Part shown: positions 14,196-26,400 of the stretch, in pieces
How positions within the stretch are numbered: position 1 is the stretch's first letter
How the letters are laid out: each line of letters begins with the position of its first letter
Program-made: the position numbers and the translations under genes
From: Octopus vulgaris
Taxonomy: Eukaryota
Direction of reading: 5' to 3'
DNA: 64,000 bases
NCBI GenBank assembly: GCA_951406725.2
Contig: OX597827.1
Location: 52,514,001-52,578,000, forward strand
The notes under the pieces: model-generated
Told to the model about the DNA's origin: nothing
Database searches by the model: none
What the model saw: only the letters and a program-made list of their open reading frames with translations

Positions 14196-14415
14196 ACCGC
14201 GTGTGTATCGTTGGCGATTTTCTTTCTCCGTCTTCCCTTCCTTAGACTTTTCCTTTTTCTATGTCTCTGATGAAGAGCTCTGCTCGAAACGTTAAATCCT
14301 TGTTTCTTTCCTTCCCTGAATGTTCAATAACACTATACTTGTTCCACGCCCTTGCGTTGTTATGTTTTCTCTTTGTTCATGTTTGGATTAACTATATATA
14401 TATATATATATACAC

Positions 14416-14446
<31 letters not shown>

Positions 14447-17400
14447 TGATACAAATAAACACATTTGGGCTTGATATATAAAATATATATGCATTGATAT
14501 ACACATGTAAATATAGAGAGAAACAAAAACTGAAGATATTCAGAAAACAAACATGTGTAAAGGCATATAGACATTTATATATTTACATAGGGGTACAAAA
14601 AATACAGAAAACTAAGAGAGGGAATGGTATTTCAAGCCGAACATGTTTCTGAGGCTAAAATTTCTTGCATTTTGGCAATTTTAACCAATCAATTACCTCC
14701 ATTGAAGTAAATAACATTCTGTGCATAATGAATATGTCCCTCCTTTAAAAAACAGATTGGGTTTATTTACATTTGTGAAGAAAAAAGATACCCTTCCCCC
14801 ACCCCTAACCCTAACTAACCCTAAATCTAAAATAGATTGAAATGCAATAGATCGATACTAGGGTTATAATTATGGGTGACAATTTCATATGACACTGCTA
14901 CGGAAAATGGGATTTTTTTCTAGCGGTGTCAAATGAAAATGTCACCCATAATTATGGCCCTAGTATCGATCTATTGCATTTCAATCTATTTTAGATTTAG
15001 GGTTAGGGTTAGGGGTTGGGGAAAGGTATCTTTTTTTCTTCACAAATGTAAATAAACCCAATCTGTTTCTTAAAGGAGGGACATATTCATTATGCACAGA
15101 ATGTTATTTATGTCAATGGAGGTAATAGATTGGTTAAAATTGCCGAAATGCAAGAAATTTCAGACAAAATATCTTACAAACTATAGAATTTTCTCAATAA
15201 AGCCAAGAGAAAATGATGTTTTATAAACACATTCTACCAGTATACGAAGTTTAAAACTTTTTAGTTACCTAGAAATTATGTTACAAAGTGCCGTTCAAAA
15301 GGAAAAGATCCGAATCTTGAGATTAGCCTTTAATACTTCATCTCATGTCTTCCTGGATCTCCCTCTTCCACAAGTTCCATCCACTTTAATTACTGAAGGT
15401 ACTTAGTAGTGGTTCAAATAATACTTCAAGAGAATTCAAGAGCCAAATGGGTGAAGTAAGTACATATGTATATGAGTGAACATATGAGAGAAAGTAGTAC
15501 TCAAAGCATTTGATTGAGGTTGCATGTATGTAATAACAGTTTCACTCAGCTTCATTACGTAAAGTTTTGTGGCAACAGGTCCATATCATCAAATGTTTAG
15601 ATTAGATGAGTAGAAAGAATTTTAAAAAGTTTGAAATGTCTTCCAGATGAGAGTATTTAGGTCTGTGGTGGTCAGTTCAGCATATGTGTTTGCTTTGCTA
15701 TCAGGGTTTCTGTGGTCCCAGAGTCTCCAGATAGGGAGGTGGAGGTTTTCTCTGTATTTACAAGCTGAAAAAGTGTGTATGCCTTCTCTTAAAGTCATCA
15801 GCTGTCAGGCCTGAGTAGTGTCCCATGATACCATTGGATGGTGTGAGTGTAGTTCTATAGACTACAGCTTTTGAGAGGCAGGATTTCAACAATAACATGT
15901 TGGTGTGTGGGGTGAAGTCTGTGAAGGTATGCGTTTGCATCTGTTATAGCATGCAATGTTATCTAAAGATGAATAGCTAACCATGACATTATGGGAATTA
16001 AAGAGTTTACGATATCTCTGAGTTCTAGGGAAATTAGCATCAGGAATCTCTTAGCTATATTAGTAAAAGCTTTTAGATTGAATGAATGATTACCTGTGGG
16101 ATGAAATACAAAGTTAATTTGAGTTCAGAAATAAGAGCAACAGGACCTCCATAATGCTATGATGGACCGTGAAGTCTGGCGTAGCATAGTAAATTCCATT
16201 GTCTTGACCATGGTCGAACAATGATGATGATGAAGAGGCACTGGATAATTATAATTTTTAAGCATCTAATCTACTATCAACTTTCTATACTACATCAACA
16301 AACACCAAATTCAGAACACATGTTGGTTTCTTTTTTGACTAGACACATATTTTAGAGAGAAGAGAAAATATTTCTAAATTGCATGGGTAGACATTAATGA
16401 AATGGCTACAATTAAAAGCTGAAACTATATAATAGACACAGCTTGCTGAGAGCTTATTTCTTCACTATACACTTATTATTTTGCAATGCATACTAATACA
16501 GAACAACTCATGAAAAGGCAAAGAAAGTTTTACAAGGATACTCACAAAACCAAAGAATAAGGCTTTTGCTCGAGCCTCTCTCCTAAGGAGTGATAAAACA
16601 CTTTCTAATTTGGAATTGAACAAATCAGTCTCTAGTTTTTCCTGCACAAACGACTGTACAGTACGTATATTATTGAAGCGTTCATTGGCCACCTGAGATA
16701 GGAAATAAAAGAAAGGATAAAGATAAGGGAGACATAAAAAAAAATATATATACATACATGATGGTCATAAATGTTTCGGTTTTCTGGGTGGGGAAGAATG
16801 AGTTCATGTAAATAAATAAATAAATTGTTAGGATGGTGACTGCTTCAGAATAAAAATGGATCAAAAAGTGACTCTATTTCATTGGGAGTGAAGGAGTAGC
16901 TTTTATTGAACTTAATTTCAGCATACTATTTTAACTTTGAAGACACTCATTCTAGTAGATTCTTTTTTTTTTTTACTTTTTACTTGTTTCAGTCATTTTG
17001 ACTGTGGCCATGCTGGAGCACCGCCTTTAATCAAGCAACTCGACCCCGGGACTTATTCTTTGTAAGCCCAGTACTTATTCTATCGGTCTCTTTTGCTGAA
17101 CCGCTAAGTGACGGGGACATAAACACACCAGCATCGGTTGTCAAGCAATGCTAGGGGGACAAACACAGACACACAAACATAGACGCACATACATATATAT
17201 ACATATATACGACGGGCTTCTTTCAGTTTCTGTCTACCAAATCCACTCACAAGGCTTTGGTTGGCCCGAGGCTATAGTAGAAGACACTTGTCCAAGGTGC
17301 CACGCAGTGGGACTGAACCCGGAACGATGTGGTTGGTAAACAAGCTACTTACCACACAGCCACTCCTGCTAAATAGCGTGCTATTTTTTTTTGTGGTGTA

Positions 17401-20400
17401 AAGTAGTTGAGACATATCCATAGAATAGATATGTTTGTTCAACATTGCTAGTTAAAACAAAACAGTTGTTACTTGTACAATGCCCTCTTGCTTGCAGATT
17501 TAAACTGTGCCTCCCCATGAAAGAACTATTTATGTGAACCAGTTAGTTCCTGGATTCTCAAGCAGGAACTGAAACCTCAGCCTAAATGCTTCAGCGAGCT
17601 TCTTTCCTTTGTTCTTTTGAAATGCACTTGAAGATTTATGAGAGTCAACTGTCAACTTCCTGACTTTCTTGTGTCAAACTCTGTTCAACCTAGACAACCC
17701 ATGAAAAATCCTTTGTTCTTCTGATCTACTTTAGCAAGAAATTATTATAAATACAAAACACTAAATAGAATTTTCCCTCTTTTTACCTGCCACTTTGGCA
17801 GAGGTACTTCCTGGCCTTATGTCTTCAGTGCTGTTAAAGAGAGAACACTTCTCTCTCTTACACTTTTTACTAATAGCTGTCACAGAGGTAACATGTTTCT
17901 TCTACTTTCCTTTCCCTTTGGCCATGTAGTACTAAACTATGATGACCACAGTTACCTACACGATGGACAACAATTTTCATATATTAGCAGCTTGAAGTAG
18001 TCAGGTTATTGTAACAGCAAAAATAAAAGCCAATTTAACTGCTATTTCTCATTACTTATTCTAATCCCCACTGCATCTACACCCCAGCATCCATTACATT
18101 CTGGTGACCCAACATCTACAATCCATCCAACAAACTCTCACATTTTGGTGAGTTGATGTGATATCGATTACAAAGCCAACTCTTTGAATTATAAGTACAG
18201 TTATTCCAACAGACCCTAACAGAGTATTCATCTCCTCAGTTACACTCACAAGGCTTGGGTTGACCTAAGGCTATGGTTGAAGATACTGAAACAAGATGTC
18301 ATGTAATGGGATCAAACCCGGGACCTCATGGTTTATTAACTACTTGCCCATATCCCTCCCCACTTCATCTGTCTAAGAAAAAAAATGGTCAGGCACTTAA
18401 AATTAAGGAACTAAACTGAAGGTAAAAATTTCATAACTTATCAGTGGTTTTGTGCTCTAAATGAGAATGTCTATTGAGCACTGGGATTTAATTCTGGCTT
18501 ATGTTAATAAACAGTTGAAAAATGAAAATTTCATCTGGACTGGATATCCATTGGAATGTAACACACTTATACAAACACTCACTTTCTTATAAATATAAAT
18601 ACATACAAACAGGGTGCAAAAGGCATTTGTGAACAAAATCTAGGATGCCATAAATGGAAGATGACCTCACATAATGATTGGCAGTATACATTAAATTTTA
18701 ACATTTTCGTTTCTCTTTCAAAAGTAACAACAAGAGCAATAAAACAAATTCCAATCTAGCATAGAAAATTTAAAAAAAGGTATACCATGTGTGTGACCCT
18801 AGCCACCAACCACAGTAACCCAGAAACTGCCAGTTTTCTGAATGTGGCTGGATTCTTTGGGTTAAAGTTTGGGAAAGAGTTGAAAGCCTCTGGTAGGACA
18901 TATCCATGACCAAGAAACATTCTCAGTAGTCAGATGTCATCAGAGTGACTGTGTTTGTCCAATAGGTCCAGGACATTGTTAGCAACAACCCCAGTACATC
19001 TATTCATGATGAAGTCAACTATCAGATAAGCAGTGCAGAAGGACATTGGACATAAGTCCTATGTGATGATGGGAGAGCAATTCATGTTCAGCAAGACCTG
19101 AGTGAACCATGTGATCTTGTGACTCCCAACTTTCATTTGGCCTCCTAGTTCTCCTGATTTGAATATCCTCTACTAGTGTGTCTGTAGCATTAATAGGTTG
19201 CAAAGTACAATGTAAAGGAATTGTCAGGGGCTGTTGTAGTGAAAGTGGTACGCAGTCACTTCTATGGTCACATTAAAATTGTCAATGGGGGCCATAGGCA
19301 GCTTTTTGAAATGACTTGTACAGAAGGAAATTGGTGAGAATTTGTGGAGTTTTTTTCCTTTGTCTTCTATGAGTGTATTGTTTTTTTCCTATTTGATGTA
19401 TTTGCTTTTCCTCATGTTTTTTCACCCCACAAATGCCCAGTGTACTAATAAGGCAACATTAGTATTCTACTTACATTGCTGCTGTTTGCAAGTGAAGTTT
19501 GTACATCAGTTGTAATTTTTTTTACATAGCGACCATAGACAATTGCCACCATGGCAATAGGTGGCACTACCAACATGGATGCTAGAGACAGCTGAGGGGA
19601 AACATAAACCTGTAAAAGGAAATTATTATGTATGTATTAGAATTACCATTGTTAACACTGGAGTAGATGATGTGAAAAAGGGGAGGACAAAGATTACGTC
19701 ATTGATGATAGGCTATTTAGGTACAGGTTAAAAGGAAGTTGAAACATAATTGAGGAGGATAATTAAGGTCTTGAAAGTGTTTGATGAAACATGTAAACAG
19801 ATGTAGAAGACTGTGTTATTTGAGAGATATTGTTCATAATTGTTCAGAGACGGGAATGTCCTAATTTAAATATATGAAGCCCATTGGGGTGTGAAATTTA
19901 CCAAATTAATAATAATTATAGTGAACTTTTCAATGGTTACATTGACCCCAGTGTTTAACTGGTACTTATTTAATCGGCCCCCAAAAAGATAAAAGGCAAG
20001 GTTGACCTCAGCGAAATTTGAACTCAGAATGTAAGGACGGACTAAATGCAGCTAAGCATTTTGGCTGGCATGCTAAGGATTCTGCCAGCTAGTGATGACT
20101 TCTTTTCTTTTGACTAAGTACAAGTATAATTAATGATGATTTAATCACTTAAGTTTAGTCAATAAATTAACGGCACATAAACTTGTGACACTCAAGAGAT
20201 GCAAAGCAGAGTAAGCCTCTGCAAGAATTCTCTTCAGAACTGTGTGATAGTAAAATTCAGATATTAAATCATTGAGGCACTGATAAAAATTTTCTCATGT
20301 AACTGTTTTCAAGCTCAACGGAAAATTCAAGTTCATCAAACAATCTAATGAAATACAGATCAACTATAAAATGTTCTCACCACTTACAGTGAGATGGACT

Positions 20401-23400
20401 GGACAATTGGCAGTTGAGTGTTTTTACAGAGACACACTACAACATAGTGACAAGATATGGTTTAATAGTCCTTTCAACAACAGAACTTATCAACAACAAT
20501 TCTCATAAACATACAATAACTAATAACTGATGTAATGTTGTCTTTAAAATCAAATAAAATACGTACCATCATAGCCAAGCCTCCAACAGCCTGACCGATG
20601 GATCGCAGACCATCTGAAATATTCCCAGTTAGGGATTGACCAATGAGAGCAGTATCATTGGCTAAGCGATTCACAAGCTCTCCACTTTTTGTGTTATCAA
20701 AAAATCCAATTTCTTGCCGCAGCAATGAAGAGTAGAGCTTTTCTCGCAGCCGTTGAACAATATTCTGTCCTGAAATGTACAGTAAATAACTTCCTCGATA
20801 ATTCTGCATCAGCATAGGCCTGTATTGTACACATTTGCACAGTAAATACCTATTGCTTTAACAACATTTGCATACAAACCAGCATTCTGCATAACAATAA
20901 ATTCTAAAATAAGTATAAAAATGCAACAATCTTCACTCTTCCACACCATAACCTCATCATTCCATTTAAATCAGAAGCTGGCTTTAAGGCATTTACACTA
21001 AGCCATTTAAATTAAGAAACTAGATTTGAAGGTAAAAATTACATACAGTATTATATAATATCCTCAAAATGAGAACTCCTCAGCACTTGTACTTATCTCT
21101 GGTCCATAGGTTCATATTAATAAGAAATCAAAAAATGAATCTTCTCTCAGACTGAATTCTGGACTAATTTGCTGGTATTTATTTCTAATAGTTCATTGAT
21201 TTGAAATATGCAGAAATGCACAGCCCAAATGAAATGCATGAAGTGGATTTGAACTCAAAATTTATGAGCTGGTAGTCTAATACCATATTCATTTCCTATT
21301 TCAAAATTTCCATACTATGCTCAAGATATATATATATATATGTATAGGGGAAGAATTCACAAAAAATAAAAGACGAAGACAGGTGGTGTAGACAACAAAC
21401 AGATGTATTAGTATAATGCTTGGAAAGTGAAAAAGTCTTTAACGTTTCGAGCCTACGCTCTTCCACAGAAAGGAACACAGAAAGAAACAAGGAGTACACA
21501 CACATATATATATATATGATGAATACATGTGTATTTGTACACAATGAACAAAATGAATAACAATAATTCTTTCTACTATAGGCACAAGGCCTGAAATTTT
21601 GGGGAGGGGGATTGTTGATTACATCAACTCCAGTACTCAACTGGTACTTATTTTATCAACCCCAAAGTTGACCTTGGCAAAATTTGAACTCAGAACATAA
21701 GGACAGACAAAATGCAACCAAGCATTTCGCCTGGCAGGCTAACGATTCTGCCAGCTTGCTGCTATGATAATAATAAGTTTCCCACAACCATGACGCTGAG
21801 TGGATTCATTCTGTGAGATCTGAACTCCATCATCCAGAGGTTCCACGACTGGACCATAACAACGGAAAATGTAATTGTACAGGAAAGTGTTAAAAGGCAT
21901 CCTCGTAGGGAAAATATATACGTTCCTTGCGGTAAACAATCTACTCCCAGCAGAACAAAAAGGATGCCAAAAAGGATCCAAGGACCACCTTATGATAGAT
22001 AAGGTTGTAATGAAGAACTGTAAACAGTACCAAAAAAACTTGTGCATGGCCTGGATAGACTTCAGAAAGGTTTACTTGTTGCTGCATTTGTGGATTTTGG
22101 AAACACTTGACATGTGTGGAATAGTTGAGAATGTGTGTGCATGCCTAGTTGAAAAAACATGCCTAGTTGGAAAACATGTCTTTTCTGTAACAACTAGCAC
22201 TTAGCCAAGGTAATAATCAAAAGAGGTATCTTCCAGGGGTGACTCTTGTTCACCTTTGTTATTCATTATAGCCTTGATCCCACTTTCTATAGTCTTACGC
22301 AAAGTCAATGCACACTATGAGCTGAGAAAGAACGAGCCTCATCTCAACCACCTTTTCTTCATAGATGACTGAAAACTGTTTTCAAAAATAGAGCCTGAAA
22401 TGGAGAGGCTGGTTGAGACTGTGCAGATGTGTAGCAAGGATACAGGAATGGAATTTGGTATCTCGAAGTGTGTGGTGCTCACTTTGAAGTAGGCGAAAAG
22501 AACAGATTGTAGGGGCATGGAATTGCCAAATGGAGAGAAAATGGAAGACCCAGCTGATGATGTGTACAAGTACCTTGGGATCCTGGAACTGGACAATATC
22601 TTGCACAGAGAAATGAAAGACAAGGTCATCATTGCATATTTCAAGTGCCTCAAACTTCTCTTGAAATCAAAACTCAACTCAAGGAATCTTGTGACTGCCA
22701 TCAATAAACGGGCTGTTGCTGTAGTCCGCTATAGTGCATCCATCCTGAAATGGACACAAGCGGAGATTAACCAGCTCAAGCACACTACCCAAAGGACAAT
22801 GACAATGTATGGTGTCCTCCACCCTAAGGTGAATGTACACAGGCTCTACATGAAGAAGGGTAAAGGTGAACATGGGCTGATTAGCATATGGGAGTGCATT
22901 GACAGTAAAAGAAGAAACATGGCAGAATATTTGGTAAACAGCAAACAAGAGTTGCTACAGTATGCTGCTAATGCAGAAAGATTTACCAAAAATGGACTTG
23001 AGAGTGCTCATGAATTCCGATCATGAACAGCCAACAAGAGAAGAAATCCTATTCTGCATGGAATTTCATGGTCAGTTCCACCATGAAACTAACAAAAGAC
23101 CAGGAAGCATCATGGAGGTGGCTCAGCAAGGGTGACCTAAAAAAAAATGCTGAAAGCATAATCATTGCTGCCCAGGATCAGGCATTGAATACCAACTCAG
23201 TGAAAAGGGAGATATACCACACAAGTGCAACAGACCTCTGCTAAATGTGTGGGAATAGGGTCGAAAGCATGACTCACATTGTTAGTGCTTGAGAAAGTCT
23301 TGCACAGAAAACATACAAAGACATGTGACAAAATAGCCCAAAACCTTCACTGGCTACTACGCTGAAAGTATAGATAACAGGTGCTTGGTACCAACATATA

Positions 23401-26400
23401 CCGGAAAAGGTGATGGACAAAAAGAGGAAGGCAAAAGTCTTCTGGGACTTTGACTTCCAGATAGACAAGGTGTTAGAGCATTGAAGGCTGGATATAGTAA
23501 CCTTTAGGAGGGACAAACAAGAGTGCCTAATAATTGACGTAGCAGTGCCAGAAGATCAATGTATCATCATGAAAGAAAGAGAAAAGGTTGATAAATATGG
23601 AAACCTGAGAATTGAGATCGCTAAGATGTGGCAGCTACAAGAGTCAAAAATAAAGGTTATTCCTATTGTCATCAGAGCATTGGGTTCAATACCACCCAAT
23701 CTGAAAAAAACATCTGGAAACTTTAGAAATACCCAACAATCTGGGCATATTGCAAAAATTGGCATTACTTGGAACTATATGCATATTGTGTAAAGTAGTC
23801 TGTCTGGAGTCCTTGTTTTGACTTGACAGACAATATCTCCAATCAACAACATCATGATATTGGATACTGTGCAATGTCTTAAATAATAATAATAATAATG
23901 ATGATAACATAATATAAACATCAAAGGTTTGGGTGCATGACTTTTGGCCAACCATGTCTGTGTGTGTGTGTGCATGTGTGTGTGTAATCCTTGCATTTTA
24001 GTTAGTTGAGAGATGACAAACAAATCTTACTTCACATTTAAATGATTTACTTTATTAAGGACAATTATTTACAGTGAAAATGAAAAAACAAATTTACTCT
24101 AGTAATTCATTAATGTTGACACTGGTGTGGTAGAGGTGACTGAATAAACTCTTATTGTAGAGTCAGCCTTTGCACTATTCCATTAATTTCTACTCCCATT
24201 CTCATAAGAAAAAGTATAAGAATTTTTATTTGCCAAAACACATACCTGAAATTTGTATTAAATAGACACGTCCACAATTGGCCAAGCCACCAATCAAAAA
24301 GATAACCATAAGAGATTGGCACATCACATTCAATTTACTCATAACATTTCCATCTTTGTAGGCAGAGTTTATGATGTCTACGACCTTGCCAATACAAAAT
24401 GGCACTGCCATTGTCACAGTACTGGACACTAGTAGAAATGTGATGGCTCCTACAAAGAAAAGAAGAAATTTGTTTGAAGTCAACACTGACACATGAACAG
24501 TGAATTTAGAGGACATGCAACAATTGGTGTGAGATGAGTGTAGTGACTGTCTAATTTGTTAAAAAAAAAACAATGCATGTAAGTGAATTGAGAAGAACAT
24601 TGGCTGATGTGAGATGATTATGAGTTTTGGCTCTTTACAGTTCCTGACTATATGCATACTTCAATACCTGAAGCAATATTACTTGAAAGTCTGCTTTCTT
24701 CCTTTCTCCAGTCTTTGCTGTTTACCACTTGCTGCTCCACTTTACTGGATCCCACTATTGCTATTGTCACAGCATCATCGGTGTTTTCTGCATCTGTACT
24801 CTTGTTCTGTTCATCAAGTTGTCCACTGTTATCATCTCTGCTGCTTCATCAAGATACAGTTGCAGAAACCAGTCACAAACATCAGTTTCACTGCTCTCAC
24901 CATGACTCTGCTATTTGCTGTATATCTTGTACACATCTTCCACGTACATATCTTTTAATTGTTCCTCAAGTTTCTGCTCAGACTCTATAGATATATACTC
25001 AGCTTGCTTCCTTCCAGTTACAGTGGCATGAGACTTACCACATCTTGTTTAACCTGCAGCTTAGTGACAAATCTTGTTCTTTTGATACAGGCTACCTCAC
25101 TTTTGCTGGAAAAAAACTTGAGAACATCGTTGCCAATCCTACTTTCATTATCGTGTCAAATGTTGACAAAAGTGAAAAAAGGAACCAAAAGAGCTTTAGC
25201 ATAAAAGACAAAAATTGTCTTACTTTAATTTCTGGAATGACATTGAAAGGAACCCCTCACTTGACAACTTGAACTTGCTATACACTCAGAGACCTTCACT
25301 ATCCCAACCACTGGCCTGAAACTACATGCAGAAACCCCTACCACATACCTATTTTAGTCAACACCCTCAGTCCAAAAGAGGCCACTCAAGTCTTCTTCTT
25401 CACTTGATGTCACTTCTCCTTTCGCTTCCATTCAGGTCTCTTGACTGCTCACTTCCACTCTTCTGATATCATTAGAGCATGCCACAAACTCGAAGTTAAA
25501 ACAATTTATGAGCCTTAAAAAATAACTATATTATGCAATTTTAAAAAAGCTATATCATGAATCACATCAGCACAAAGTTGTGATAGAACAAGCAATTCTA
25601 CATTTTATATAATCAAATTTTTTTAATAGATATTTTAATGGTATAAAATCCATTAATCTGTGCTGTAAGTTAGAGTTAGCCATGGAAACATTACCTGCTT
25701 TTGGATATATTTCAAGACTGAGTTGATTGGCTAAGTTTTGACAGATGATATTTTCTTCCACTAGAGGACATTTAGTAGCCAAACATATAAATCTAAATTG
25801 AATAAGAGAAAATGTCTTAGATTGTGAAGGAGGTGTAATCATATGGCCAGCTGACAGTAACCCAGTGAAGAACAACTTTTACAGACTTTTTAGCTAGACA
25901 TGAGACATAAAGGTAGATCTTCAGTCCCACAGATTCTGCATTAGATTGAGCCTAGTTGATGGTACAGTCCTATCGTGTTAGATGGTTAAAGTTTTATTTT
26001 GTAATAGCCTGAAGAATCCCTTATAGATGAAAAAGTTTGTTCAGCTGTTTTGAAATCGCAATTTTAAAATCATCTCAATAGCTAATACAATTAAATTCCG
26101 AAAAAATGAATTAGCAGGTTTTATCATAACAGTGATAAAATTATGATAAAACAGTTATAAGTAGGTCTTATCATAACGGTGATAAAATTATAAATTATAT
26201 TTAATATATATAAGATTCCATGTGGTTTGGAAGTTAATTGGATTTTTTAAAATGTTTTTCTTACCGAATATCTTCCATTTTTCTCCTTTCGCGAGTCCCA
26301 GCAATCTTTTTAAGTCCGATCTATGTGGTACTTTAGCATAGTTTTTTGCCTGAAAAGTATTCTTGTCGATAACTGTAGAACATGATCTGTTACGTCCACC

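Noticed and set aside
14802-15015. Opposed CCCTAA/TTAGGG tracts as a telomere fusion site
   Set aside because: Only 3-4 units each, ~170 bp apart, in the order CCCTAA..TTAGGG (the reverse of an end-to-end fusion) and internal to duplicated repeat arms.
24614-25490. Overlapping 75-114 aa plus-strand ORFs in ABCB10 intron 1
   Set aside because: No coherent domain; probably an old LINE remnant, too degenerate to classify.
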